The notes beneath the pieces are model-generated. The model made no database searches, had not been told where the DNA came from, and saw only the letters and a program-made list of their open reading frames with translations. Positions 27,037-42,426 of a stretch of DNA of 64,000 bases are shown here, piece after piece (positions within the stretch are counted from its first letter, which is position 1; every line of letters begins with the position of its first letter). The DNA is from Auanema rhodensis (lineage: Eukaryota > Animalia > Nematoda). The stretch is from assembly GCA_964057225.1 (NCBI GenBank), contig OZ059900.1:17608001-17672000 (forward strand), in the 5' to 3' direction. A program made the translations under genes and the position numbers.

Positions 27037-29430
27037 CATGCTGAACACTAGAAGAATACAAAAACACAGTATTTCCCATGAGAAATATTTTATTATGCTG
27101 GAAAACCAGTTTTTGGAAATTTCGCTGTAAACAAGGTTTTGACTTACGATTTCATGTGTTCAAACTCATGCAATGTCAATGAAACCTAGCTCAAAATTGT
27201 TCGTACAACGTCTAGTTCCACTTTCACGACAAAAAAACAGGGGTTAGAAAATTAAGGAAATTAGCATATTCTGAGGGCACGCCCCTTATGGCTAATATTG
27301 ATTAAATCGATTTTTGTTCATATGAGTCGTCAAATGCAACGAATTTCAGCGTGTTACATACTAAAATGAAGCATTTTACATGCTGAACACTAGAAGAATA
27401 CAAAAACACAGTATTTCCCATGAGAAATATTTTATTATGCTGGAAAACCAGTTTTTGGAAATTTCGCTGTAAACAAGGTTTTGACTTACGATTTCATGTG
27501 TTCAAACTCATGCAATGTCAATGAAACCTAGCTCAAAATTGTTCGTACAACGTCTAGTTCCACTTTCACGACAAAAAAACAGGGGTTAGAAAATTAAGGA
27601 AATTAGCATATTCTGAGGGCACGCCCCTTATGGCTAATATTGATTAAATCGATTTTTGTTCATATGAGTCGTCAAATGCAACGAATTTCAGCGTGTTACA
27701 TACTAAAATGAAGCATTTTACATGCTGAACACTAGAAGAATACAAAAACACAGTATTTCCCATGAGAAATATTTTATTATGCTGGAAAACCAGTTTTTGG
27801 AAATTTCGCTGTAAACAAGGTTTTGACTTACGATTTCATGTGTTCAAACTCATGCAATGTCAATGAAACCTAGCTCAAAATTGTTCGTACAACGTCTAGT
27901 TCCACTTTCACGACAAAAAAACAGGGGTTAGAAAATTAAGGAAATTAGCATATTCTGAGGGCACGCCCCTTATGGCTAATATTGATTAAATCGATTTTTG
28001 TTCATATGAGTCGTCAAATGCAACGAATTTCAGCGTGTTACATACTAAAATGAAGCATTTTACATGCTGAACACTAGAAAAATACAAAAACACAGTATTT
28101 CCCATGAGAAATATTTTATTATGCTTGAAAACCAGTTTTTGGAAATTTCGCTGTAAACAAGGTTTTGACTTACGATTTCATGTGTTCAAACTCATGCAAT
28201 GTCAATGAAACCTAGCTCAAAATTGTTCGTACAACGTCTAGTTCCACTTTCACGACAAAAAAACAGGGGTTAGAAAATTAAGGAAATTAGCATATTCTGA
28301 GGGCACGCCCCTTATGGCTAATATTGATTAAATCGATTTTTGTTCATATGAGTCGTCAAATGCAACGAATTTCAGCGTGTTACATACTAAAATGAAGCAT
28401 TTTACATGCTGAACACTAGAAAAAAACAAAAACACAGTATTTCCCATGAGAAATATTTTATTATGCTGGAAAACCAGTTTTTGGAAATTTCGCTGTAAAC
28501 AAGGTTTTGACTTACGATTTCATGTGTTCAAACTCATGCAATGTCAATGAAACCTAGCTCAAAATTGTTCGTACAACGTCTAGTTCCACTTTCACGGCAA
28601 AAAAACAGGGGTTAGAAAATTAAGGAAATTAGCATATTCTGAGGGCACGCCCCTTATGGCTAATATTGATTAAATCGATTTTTGTTCATATGAGTCGTCA
28701 AATGCAACGAATTTCAGCGTGTTACATACTAAAATGAAGCATTTTACATGCTGAACACTAGAAAAATACAAAAACACAGTATTTCCCATGAGAAATATTT
28801 TATTATGCTGGAAAACCAGTTTTTGGAAATTTCGCTGTAAACAAGGTTTTGACTTACGATTTCATGTGTTCAAACTCATGCAATGTCAATGAAACCTAGC
28901 TCAAAATTGTTCGTACAACGTCTAGTTCCACTTTCACGACAAAAAAACAAGGGTTAGAAAATTAAGGAAATTAGCATATTCTGAGGGCACGCCCCTTATG
29001 GCTAATATTGATTAAATCGATTTTTGTTCATATGAGTCGTCAAATGCAACGAATTTCAGCGTGTTACATACTAAAATGAAGCATTTTACATGCTGAACAC
29101 TAGAAAAATACAAAAACACAGTATTTCCCATGAGAAATATTTTATTATGCTGGAAAACCAGTTTTTGGAAATTTCGCTGTAAACAAGGTTTTGACTTACG
29201 ATTTCATGTGTTCAAACTCATGCAATGTCAATGAAACCTAGCTCAAAATTGTTCGTACAACGTCTAGTTCCACTTTCACGACAAAAAAACAGGGGTTAGA
29301 AAATTAAGGAAATTAGCATATTCTGAGGGCACGCCCCTTATGGCTGATATTGATTAAATCGATTTTTGTTAATATGAGTCGTCAAATGCAACGAATTTCA
29401 GCGTGTTACATACTAAAATGAAGCATTTTA

Positions 29431-32400
29431 CATGCTGAACACTAGAAAAATACAAAAACACAGTATTTCCCATGAGAAATATTTTATTATGCTGGAAAAC
29501 CAGTTTTTGGAAATTTCGCTGTAAACAAGGTTTTGACTTACGATTTCATGTGTTCAAACTCATGCAATGTCAATGAAACCTAGCTCAAAATTGTTCGTAC
29601 AACGTCTAGTTTCACTTTCACGACAAAAAAACAGGGGTTAGAAAACTAAGGAAATTAGCATATTCTGAGGGCACGCCCCTTATGGCTAATATTGATTAAA
29701 TCGATTTTTGTTCATATGAGTCGTCAAATGCAACGAATTTCAGCGTGTTACATACTAAAATGAAGCATTCTACATGCTGAACACTAGAAAAATACAAAAA
29801 CACAGTATTTCCCATGAGAAATATTTTATTATGCTGGAAAACCAGTTTTTGGAAATTTCGCTGTAAACAAGGTTTTGACTTACGATTTCATGTGTTCAAA
29901 CTCATGCAATGTCAATGAAACCTAGCTCAAAATTGTTCGTAAAACGTCTAGTTCCACTTTCACGACAAAAAAACAGGGGTTAGAAAACTAAGGAAATTAG
30001 CATATTCTGAGGGCACGCCCCTTATGGCTAATATTGATTAAATCGATTTTTGTTCATATGAGTCGTCAAATGCAACGAATTTCAGCGTGTTACATACTAA
30101 AATGAAGCATTTTACATGCTGAACACTAGAAAAATACAAAAACACAATATTTCCCATGAGAAATATTTTATTATGCTGGAAAACCAGTTTTTGGAAATTT
30201 CGCTGTAAACAAGGTTTTGACTTACGATTTCATGTGTTCAAACTCATGCAATGTCAATGAAACCTAGCTCAAAATTGTTCGTACAACGTCTAGTTCCACT
30301 TTCACGACAAAAAAACAGGGGTTAGAAAATTAAGGAAATTAGCATATTCTGAGGGTACGCCCCTTATGGCTAATATTGATTAAATCGATTTTTGTTCATA
30401 TGAGTCGTCAAATGCAACGAATTTCAGCGTGTTACATACTAAAATGAAGCATTTTACATGCTGAACACTAGAAAAATACAAAAACACAGTATTTCCCATG
30501 AGAAATATTTTATTATGCTGGAAAACCAGTTTTTGGAAATTTCGCTGTAAACAAGGTTTTGACTTACGATTTCATGTGTTCAAACTCATGCAATGTCAAT
30601 GAAACCTAGCTCAAAATTGTTCGTACAACGTCTAGTTTCACTTTCACGACAAAAAAACAGGGGTTAGAAAACTAAGGAAATTAGCATATTCTGAGGGCAC
30701 GCCCCTTATGGCTAATATTGATTAAATCGATTTTTGTTCATATGAGTCGTCAAATGCAACGAATTTCAGCGTGTTACATACTAAAATGAAGCATTTTACA
30801 TGCTGAACACTAGAAAAATACAAAAACACAGTATTTCCCATGAGAAATATTTTATTATGCTGGAAAACCAGTTTTTGGAAATTTCGCTGTAAACAAGGTT
30901 TTGACTTACGATTTCATGTGTTCAAACTCATGCAATGTCAATGAAACCTAGCTCAAAATTGTTCGTACAACGTCTAGTTTCACTTTCACGACAAAAAAAC
31001 AGGGGTTAGAAAACTAAGGAAATTAGCATATTCTGAGGGCACGCCCCTTATGGCTAATATTGATTAAATCGATTTTTGTTCATATGAGTCGTCAAATGCA
31101 ACGAATTTCAGCGTGTTACATACTAAAATGAAGCATTTTACATGCTGAACACTAGAAAAATACAAAAACACAGTATTTCCCATGAGAAATATTTTATTAT
31201 GCTGGAAAACCAGTTTTTGGAAATTTCGCTGTAAACAAGGTTTTGACTTACGATTTCATGTGTTCAAACTCATGCAATGTCAATGAAACCTAGCTCAAAA
31301 TTGTTCGTAAAACGTCTAGTTCCACTTTCACGACAAAAAAACAGGGGTTAGAAAACTAAGGAAATTAGCATATTCTGAGGGCACGCCCCTTATGGCTAAT
31401 ATTGATTAAATCGATTTTTGTTCATATGAGTCGTCAAATGCAACGAATTTCAGCGTGTTACATACTAAAATGAAGCATTTTACATGCTGAACACTAGAAA
31501 AATACAAAAACACAATATTTCCCATGAGAAATATTTTATTATGCTGGAAAACCAGTTTTTGGAAATTTCGCTGTAAACAAGGTTTTGACTTACGATTTCA
31601 TGTGTTCAAACTCATGCAATGTCAATGAAACCTAGCTCAAAATTGTTCGTACAACGTCTAGTTCCACTTTCACGACAAAAAAACAGGGGTTAGAAAATTA
31701 AGGAAATTAGCATATTCTGAGGGTACGCCCCTTATGGCTAATATTGATTAAATCGATTTTTGTTCATATGAGTCGTCAAATGCAACGAATTTCAGCGTGT
31801 TACATACTAAAATGAAGCATTTTACATGCTGAACACTAGAAAAATACAAAAACACAGTATTTCCCATGAGAAATATTTTATTATGCTGGAAAACCAGTTT
31901 TTGGAAATTTCGCTGTAAACAAGGTTTTGACTTACGATTTCATGTGTTCAAACTCATGCAATGTCAATGAAACCTAGCTCAAAATTGTTCGTACAACGTC
32001 TAGTTTCACTTTCACGACAAAAAAACAGGGGTTAGAAAACTAAGGAAATTAGCATATTCTGAGGGCACGCCCCTTATGGCTAATATTGATTAAATCGATT
32101 TTTGTTCATATGAGTCGTCAAATGCAACGAATTTCAGCGTGTTACATACTAAAATGAAGCATTTTACATGCTGAACACTAGAAAAATACAAAAACACAGT
32201 ATTTCCCATGAGAAATATTTTATTATGCTGGAAAACCAGTTTTTGGAAATTTCGCTGTAAACAAGGTTTTGACTTACGATTTCATGTGTTCAAACTCATG
32301 CAATGTCAATGAAACCTAGCTCAAAATTGTTCGTACAACGTCTAGTTCCACTTTCACGACAAAAAAACAGGGGTTAGAAAATTAAGGAAATTAGCATATT

Positions 32401-35400
32401 CTGAGGGCACTCCCCTTATGGCTAATATTGATTAAATCGATTTTTGTTCATATGAGTCGTCAAATGCAACGAATTTCGGCGTGTTACATACTAAAATGAA
32501 GCATTTTACATGCTGAACACTAGAAAAATACAAAAACACAGTATTTCCCATGAGAAATATTTTATTATGCTGGAAAACCAGTTTTTGGAAATTTCGCTGT
32601 AAACAAGGTTTTGACTTACGATTTCATGTGTTCAAACTCATGCAATGTCAATGAAACCTAGCTCAAAATTGTTCGTACAACGTCTAGTTCCACTTTCACG
32701 ACAAAAAAACAGGGGTTAGAAAATTAAGGAAATTAGCATATTCTGAGGGCACGCCCCTTATGGCTAATATTGATTAAATCGATTTTTGTTCATATGAGTC
32801 GTCAAATGCAACGAATTTCAGCGTGTTACATACTAAAATGAAGCATTTTACATGCTGAACACTAGAAAAATACAAAAACACAGTATTTCCCATGAGAAAT
32901 ATTTTATTATGCTGGAAAACCAGTTTTTGGAAATTTCGCTGTAAACAAGGTTTTGACTTACGATTTCATGTGTTCAAACTCATGCAATGTCAATGAAACC
33001 TAGCTCAAAATTGTTCGTACAACGTCTAGTTTCACTTTCACGACAAAAAAACAGGGGTTAGAAAACTAAGGAAATTAGCATATTCTGAGGGCACGCCCCT
33101 TATGGCTAATATTGATTAAATCGATTTTTGTTCATATGAGTCGTCAAATGCAACGAATTTCAGCGTGTTACATACTAAAATGAAGCATTTTACATGCTGA
33201 ACACTAGAAAAATACAAAAACACAGTATTTCCCATGAGAAATATTTTATTATGCTGGAAAACCAGTTTTTGGAAATTTCGCTGTAAACAAGGTTTTGACT
33301 TACGATTTCATGTGTTCAAACTCATGCAATGTCAATGAAACCTAGCTCAAAATTGTTCGTAAAACGTCTAGTTCCACTTTCACGACAAAAAAACAGGGGT
33401 TAGAAAACTAAGGAAATTAGCATATTCTGAGGGCACGCCCCTTATGGCTAATATTGATTAAATCGATTTTTGTTCATATGAGTCGTCAAATGCAACGAAT
33501 TTCAGCGTGTTACATACTAAAATGAAGCATTTTACATGCTGAACACTAGAAAAATACAAAAACACAATATTTCCCATGAGAAATATTTTATTATGCTGGA
33601 AAACCAGTTTTTGGAAATTTCGCTGTAAACAAGGTTTTGACTTACGATTTCATGTGTTCAAACTCATGCAATGTCAATGAAACCTAGCTCAAAATTGTTC
33701 GTACAACGTCTAGTTCCACTTTCACGACAAAAAAACAGGGGTTAGAAAATTAAGGAAATTAGCATATTCTGAGGGTACGCCCCTTATGGCTAATATTGAT
33801 TAAATCGATTTTTGTTCATATGAGTCGTCAAATGCAACGAATTTCAGCGTGTTACATACTAAAATGAAGCATTTTACATGCTGAACACTAGAAAAATACA
33901 AAAACACAGTATTTCCCATGAGAAATATTTTATTATGCTGGAAAACCAGTTTTTGGAAATTTCGCTGTAAACAAGGTTTTGACTTACGATTTCATGTGTT
34001 CAAACTCATGCAATGTCAATGAAACCTAGCTCAAAATTGTTCGTACAACGTCTAGTTTCACTTTCACGACAAAAAAACAGGGGTTAGAAAACTAAGGAAA
34101 TTAGCATATTCTGAGGGCACGCCCCTTATGGCTAATATTGATTAAATCGATTTTTGTTCATATGAGTCGTCAAATGCAACGAATTTCAGCGTGTTACATA
34201 CTAAAATGAAGCATTTTACATGCTGAACACTAGAAAAATACAAAAACACAGTATTTCCCATGAGAAATATTTTATTATGCTGGAAAACCAGTTTTTGGAA
34301 ATTTCGCTGTAAACAAGGTTTTGACTTACGATTTCATGTGTTCAAACTCATGCAATGTCAATGAAACCTAGCTCAAAATTGTTCGTACAACGTCTAGTTC
34401 CACTTTCACGACAAAAAAACAGGGGTTAGAAAATTAAGGAAATTAGCATATTCTGAGGGCACGCCCCTTATGGCTAATATTGATTAAATCGATTTTTGTT
34501 CATATGAGTCGTCAAATGCAACGAATTTCGGCGTGTTACATACTAAAATGAAGCATTTTACATGCTGAACACTAGAAAAATACAAAAACACAGTATTTCC
34601 CATGAGAAATATTTTATTATGCTGGAAAACCAGTTTTTGGAAATTTCGCTGTAAACAAGGTTTTGACTTACGATTTCATGTGTTCAAACTCATGCAATGT
34701 CAATGAAACCTAGCTCAAAATTGTTCGTACAACGTCTAGTTCCACTTTCACGACAAAAAAACAGGGGTTAGAAAATTAAGGAAATTAGCATATTCTGAGG
34801 GCACGCCCCTTATGGCTAATATTGATTAAATCGATTTTTGTTCATATGAGTCGTCAAATGCAACGAATTTCAGCGTGTTACATACTAAAATGAAGCATTT
34901 TACATGCTGAACACTAGAAAAATACAAAAACACAATATTTCCCATGAGAAATATTTTATTATGCTGGAAAACCAGTTTTTGGAAATTTCGCTGTAAACAA
35001 GGTTTTGACTTACGATTTCATGTGTTCAAACTCATGCAATGTCAATGAAACCTAGCTCAAAATTGTTCGTACAACGTCTAGTTCCACTTTCACGACAAAA
35101 AAACAGGGGTTAGAAAATTAAGGAAATTAGCATATTCTGAGGGTACGCCCCTTATGGCTAATATTGATTAAATCGATTTTTGTTCATATGAGTCGTCAAA
35201 TGCAACGAATTTCAGCGTGTTACATACTAAAATGAAGCATTTTACATGCTGAACACTAGAAAAATACAAAAACACAGTATTTCCCATGAGAAATATTTTA
35301 TTATGCTGGAAAACCAGTTTTTGGAAATTTCGCTGTAAACAAGGTTTTGACTTACGATTTCATGTGTTCAAACTCATGCAATGTCAATGAAACCTAGCTC

Positions 35401-38400
35401 AAAATTGTTCGTACAACGTCTAGTTTCACTTTCACGACAAAAAAACAGGGGTTAGAAAACTAAGGAAATTAGCATATTCTGAGGGCACGCCCCTTATGGC
35501 TAATATTGATTAAATCGATTTTTGTTCATATGAGTCGTCAAATGCAACGAATTTCAGCGTGTTACATACTAAAATGAAGCATTTTACATGCTGAACACTA
35601 GAAAAATACAAAAACACAGTATTTCCCATGAGAAATATTTTATTATGCTGGAAAACCAGTTTTTGGAAATTTCGCTGTAAACAAGGTTTTGACTTACGAT
35701 TTCATGTGTTCAAACTCATGCAATGTCAATGAAACCTAGCTCAAAATTGTTCGTACAACGTCTAGTTTCACTTTCACGACAAAAAAACAGGGGTTAGAAA
35801 ACTAAGGAAATTAGCATATTCTGAGGGCACGCCCCTTATGGCTAATATTGATTAAATCGATTTTTGTTCATATGAGTCGTCAAATGCAACGAATTTCAGC
35901 GTGTTACATACTAAAATGAAGCATTTTACATGCTGAACACTAGAAAAATACAAAAACACAGTATTTCCCATGAGAAATATTTTATTATGCTGGAAAACCA
36001 GTTTTTGGAAATTTCGCTGTAAACAAGGTTTTGACTTACGATTTCATGTGTTCAAACTCATGCAATGTCAATGAAACCTAGCTCAAAATTGTTCGTAAAA
36101 CGTCTAGTTCCACTTTCACGACAAAAAAACAGGGGTTAGAAAACTAAGGAAATTAGCATATTCTGAGGGCACGCCCCTTATGGCTAATATTGATTAAATC
36201 GATTTTTGTTCATATGAGTCGTCAAATGCAACGAATTTCAGCGTGTTACATACTAAAATGAAGCATTTTACATGCTGAACACTAGAAAAATACAAAAACA
36301 CAATATTTCCCATGAGAAATATTTTATTATGCTGGAAAACCAGTTTTTGGAAATTTCGCTGTAAACAAGGTTTTGACTTACGATTTCATGTGTTCAAACT
36401 CATGCAATGTCAATGAAACCTAGCTCAAAATTGTTCGTACAACGTCTAGTTCCACTTTCACGACAAAAAAACAGGGGTTAGAAAATTAAGGAAATTAGCA
36501 TATTCTGAGGGTACGCCCCTTATGGCTAATATTGATTAAATCGATTTTTGTTCATATGAGTCGTCAAATGCAACGAATTTCAGCGTGTTACATACTAAAA
36601 TGAAGCATTTTACATGCTGAACACTAGAAAAATACAAAAACACAGTATTTCCCATGAGAAATATTTTATTATGCTGGAAAACCAGTTTTTGGAAATTTCG
36701 CTGTAAACAAGGTTTTGACTTACGATTTCATGTGTTCAAACTCATGCAATGTCAATGAAACCTAGCTCAAAATTGTTCGTACAACGTCTAGTTTCACTTT
36801 CACGACAAAAAAACAGGGGTTAGAAAACTAAGGAAATTAGCATATTCTGAGGGCACGCCCCTTATGGCTAATATTGATTAAATCGATTTTTGTTCATATG
36901 AGTCGTCAAATGCAACGAATTTCAGCGTGTTACATACTAAAATGAAGCATTTTACATGCTGAACACTAGAAAAATACAAAAACACAGTATTTCCCATGAG
37001 AAATATTTTATTATGCTGGAAAACCAGTTTTTGGAAATTTCGCTGTAAACAAGGTTTTGACTTACGATTTCATGTGTTCAAACTCATGCAATGTCAATGA
37101 AACCTAGCTCAAAATTGTTCGTACAACGTCTAGTTCCACTTTCACGACAAAAAAACAGGGGTTAGAAAATTAAGGAAATTAGCATATTCTGAGGGCACGC
37201 CCCTTATGGCTAATATTGATTAAATCGATTTTTGTTCATATGAGTCGTCAAATGCAACGAATTTCGGCGTGTTACATACTAAAATGAAGCATTTTACATG
37301 CTGAACACTAGAAAAATACAAAAACACAGTATTTCCCATGAGAAATATTTTATTATGCTGGAAAACCAGTTTTTGGAAATTTCGCTGTAAACAAGGTTTT
37401 GACTTACGATTTCATGTGTTCAAACTCATGCAATGTCAATGAAACCTAGCTCAAAATTGTTCGTACAACGTCTAGTTCCACTTTCACGACAAAAAAACAG
37501 GGGTTAGAAAATTAAGGAAATTAGCATATTCTGAGGGCACGCCCCTTATGGCTAATATTGATTAAATCGATTTTTGTTCATATGAGTCGTCAAATGCAAC
37601 GAATTTCAGCGTGTTACATACTAAAATGAAGCATTTTACATGCTGAACACTAGAAAAATACAAAAACACAATATTTCCCATGAGAAATATTTTATTATGC
37701 TGGAAAACCAGTTTTTGGAAATTTCGCTGTAAACAAGGTTTTGACTTACGATTTCATGTGTTCAAACTCATGCAATGTCAATGAAACCTAGCTCAAAATT
37801 GTTCGTACAACGTCTAGTTCCACTTTCACGACAAAAAAACAAGGGTTAGAAAATTAAGGAAATTAGCATATTCTGAGGGCACGCCCCTTATGGCTAATAT
37901 TGATTAAATCGATTTTTGTTCATATGAGTCGTCAAATGCAACGAATTTCAGCGTGTTACAGACTAAAATGAAGCATTTTACATGCTGAACACTAGAAAAA
38001 TACAAAAACACAGTATTTCCCATGAGAAATATTTTATTATGCTGGAAAACCAGTTTTTGGAAATTTCGCTGTAAACAAGGTTTTGACTTACGATTTCATG
38101 TGTTCAAACTCATGCAATGTCAATGAAACCTAGCTCAAAATTGTTCGTACAACGTCTAGTTCCACTTTCACGACAAAAAAACAGGGGTTAGAAAATTAAG
38201 GAAATTAGCATATTCTGAGGGTACGCCCCTTATGGCTAATATTGATTAAATCGATTTTTGTTCATATGAGTCGTCAAATGCAACGAATTTCAGCGTGTTA
38301 CATACTAAAATGAAGCATTTTACATGCTGAACACTAGAAAAATACAAAAACACAGTATTTCCCATGAGAAATATTTTATTATGCTGGAAAACCAGTTTTT

Positions 38401-41400
38401 GGAAATTTCGCTGTAAACAAGGTTTTGACTTACGATTTCATGTGTTCAAACTCATGCAATGTCAATGAAACCTAGCTCAAAATTGTTCGTACAACGTCTA
38501 GTTTCACTTTCACGACAAAAAAACAGGGGTTAGAAAACTAAGGAAATTAGCATATTCTGAGGGCACGCCCCTTATGGCTAATATTGATTAAATCGATTTT
38601 TGTTCATATGAGTCGTCAAATGCAACGAATTTCAGCGTGTTACATACTAAAATGAAGCATTTTACATGCTGAACACTAGAAAAATACAAAAACACAGTAT
38701 TTCCCATGAGAAATATTTTATTATGCTGGAAAACCAGTTTTTGGAAATTTCGCTGTAAACAAGGTTTTGACTTACGATTTCATGTGTTCAAACTCATGCA
38801 ATGTCAATGAAACCTAGCTCAAAATTGTTCGTACAACGTCTAGTTCCACTTTCACGACAAAAAAACAGGGGTTAGAAAATTAAGGAAATTAGCATATTCT
38901 GAGGGCACGCCCCTTATGGCTAATATTGATTAAATCGATTTTTGTTCATATGAGTCGTCAAATGCAACGAATTTCAGCGTGTTACATACTAAAATGAAGC
39001 ATTTTACATGCTGAACACTAAAAAAATACAAAAACACAGTATTTCCCATGAGAAATATTTTATTATGCTGGAAAACGAGTTTTTGGAAATTTCGCTGTAA
39101 ACAAGGTTTTGACTTACGATTTCATGTGTTCAAACTCATGCAATGTCAATGAAACCTAGCTCAAAATTGTTCCTACAACGTCTAGTTCCACTTTCACGAC
39201 AAAAAAACAGGGGTTAGAAAATTAAGGAAATTAGCATATTCTGAGGGCACGCCCTTTATGGCTAATATTGATTAAATCGATTTTTGTTCATATGAGTCGT
39301 CAAATGCAACGAATTTCAGCGTGTTACATACTAAAATGAAACATTTTACATGCTGAACACTATAAAAATACAAAAACACAGTATTTCCCATGAGAAATAT
39401 TTTATTATGCTGGAAAACGAGTTTTTGGAAATTTCGCTGTAAACAAGGTTTTGACTTACGATTTCATGTGTTCAAACTCATGCAATGTCAATGAAACCTA
39501 GCTCAAAATTGTTCCTACAACGTCTAGTTCCACTTTCACGACAACAAAACAGGGGTTAGAAAATTAAGGAAATTAGCATATTCTGAGGGCACGCCCCTTA
39601 TGGCTAATATTGATTAAATCGATTTTTGTTCATATGAGTCGTCAAATGCAACGAATTTCAGCGTGTTACATACTAAAATGAAGCATTTTACATGCTGAAC
39701 ACTAGAAAAATACAAAAACACAATATTTCCCATGAGAAATATTTTATTATGCTGGAAAACCAGTTTTTGGAAATTTCGCTGTAAACAAGGTTTTGACTTA
39801 CGATTTCATGTGTTCAAACTCATGCAATGTCAATGAAACCTAGCTCAAAATTGTTCGTACAACGTCTAGTTCCACTTTCACGACAAAAAAACAGGGGTTA
39901 GAAAATTAAGGAAATTAGCATATTCTGAGGGTACGCCCCTTATGGCTAATATTGATTAAATCGATTTTTGTTCATATGAGTCGTCAAATGCAACGAATTT
40001 CAGCGTGTTACATACTAAAATGAAGCATTTTACATGCTGAACACTAGAAAAATACAAAAACACAGTATTTCCCATGAGAAATATTTTATTATGCTGGAAA
40101 ACCAGTTTTTGGAAATTTCGCTGTAAACAAGGTTTTGACTTACGATTTCATGTGTTCAAACTCATGCAATGTCAATGAAACCTAGCTCAAAATTGTTCGT
40201 ACAACGTCTAGTTTCACTTTCACGACAAAAAAACAGGGGTTAGAAAACTAAGGAAATTAGCATATTCTGAGGGCACGCCCCTTATGGCTAATATTGATTA
40301 AATCGATTTTTGTTCATATGAGTCGTCAAATGCAACGAATTTCAGCGTGTTACATACTAAAATGAAGCATTTTACATGCTGAACACTAGAAAAATACAAA
40401 AACACAGTATTTCCCATGAGAAATATTTTATTATGCTGGAAAACCAGTTTTTGGAAATTTCGCTGTAAACAAGGTTTTGACTTACGATTTCATGTGTTCA
40501 AACTCATGCAATGTCAATGAAACCTAGCTCAAAATTGTTCGTACAACGTCTAGTTCCACTTTCACGACAAAAAAACAGGGGTTAGAAAATTAAGGAAATT
40601 AGCATATTCTGAGGGCACGCCCCTTATGGCTAATATTGATTAAATCGATTTTTGTTCATATGAGTCGTCAAATGCAACGAATTTCGGCGTGTTACATACT
40701 AAAATGAAGCATTTTACATGCTGAACACTAGAAAAATACAAAAACACAGTATTTCCCATGAGAAATATTTTATTATGCTGGAAAACCAGTTTTTGGAAAT
40801 TTCGCTGTAAACAAGGTTTTGACTTACGATTTCATGTGTTCAAACTCATGCAATGTCAATGAAACCTAGCTCAAAATTGTTCGTACAACGTCTAGTTCCA
40901 CTTTCACGACAAAAAAACAGGGGTTAGAAAATTAAGGAAATTAGCATATTCTGAGGGCACGCCCCTTATGGCTAATATTGATTAAATCGATTTTTGTTCA
41001 TATGAGTCGTCAAATGCAACGAATTTCAGCGTGTTACATACTAAAATGAAGCATTTTACATGCTGAACACTAGAAAAATACAAAAACACAATATTTCCCA
41101 TGAGAAATATTTTATTATGCTGGAAAACCAGTTTTTGGAAATTTTGCTGTAAACAAGGTTTTGACTTACGATTTCATGTGTTCAAACTCATGCAATGTCA
41201 ATGAAACCTAGCTCAAAATTGTTCGTACAACGTCTAGTTCCACTTTCACGACAAAAAAACAAGGGTTAGAAAATTAAGGAAATTAGCATATTCTGAGGGC
41301 ACGCCCCTTATGGCTAATATTGATTAAATCGATTTTTGTTCATATGAGTCGTCAAATGCAACGAATTTCAGCGTGTTACAGACTAAAATGAAGCATTTTA

Positions 41401-42426
41401 CATGCTGAACACTAGAAAAATACAAAAACACAGTATTTCCCATGAGAAATATTTTATTATGCTGGAAAACCAGTTTTTGGAAATTTCGCTGTAAACAAGG
41501 TTTTGACTTACGATTTCATGTGTTCAAACTCATGCAATGTCAATGAAACCTAGCTCAAAATTGTTCGTACAACGTCTAGTTCCACTTTCACGACAAAAAA
41601 ACAGGGGTTAGAAAATTAAGGAAATTAGCATATTCTGAGGGTACGCCCCTTATGGCTAATATTGATTAAATCGATTTTTGTTCATATGAGTCGTCAAATG
41701 CAACGAATTTCAGCGTGTTACATACTAAAATGAAGCATTTTACATGCTGAACACTAGAAAAATACAAAAACACAGTATTTCCCATGAGAAATATTTTATT
41801 ATGCTGGAAAACCAGTTTTTGGAAATTTCGCTGTAAACAAGGTTTTGACTTACGATTTCATGTGTTCAAACTCATGCAATGTCAATGAAACCTAGCTCAA
41901 AATTGTTCGTACAACGTCTAGTTTCACTTTCACGACAAAAAAACAGGGGTTAGAAAACTAAGGAAATTAGCATATTCTGAGGGCACGCCCCTTATGGCTA
42001 ATATTGATTAAATCGATTTTTGTTCATATGAGTCGTCAAATGCAACGAATTTCAGCGTGTTACATACTAAAATGAAGCATTTTACATGCTGAACACTAGA
42101 AAAATACAAAAACACAGTATTTCCCATGAGAAATATTTTATTATGCTGGAAAACCAGTTTTTGGAAATTTCGCTGTAAACAAGGTTTTGACTTACGATTT
42201 CATGTGTTCAAACTCATGCAATGTCAATGAAACCTAGCTCAAAATTGTTCGTACAACGTCTAGTTCCACTTTCACGACAAAAAAACAGGGGTTAGAAAAT
42301 TAAGGAAATTAGCATATTCTGAGGGCACGCCCCTTATGGCTAATATTGATTAAATCGATTTTTGTTCATATGAGTCGTCAAATGCAACGAATTTCAGCGT
42401 GTTACATACTAAAATGAAGCATTTTA
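29431..42426 (+). repeat. Variant domain 2 (AGTTTCACT, AAAACTAAGG, CGTAAAACG, CACAATATT, GGGTACG, TTTCGGCG markers) with variable-length higher-order units
   Basis: I see these markers only in this interval. CGTAAAACG is at 29942, 31310, 33362 and 36098 (4, 6, 8 monomers apart). Confidence 0.85.
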
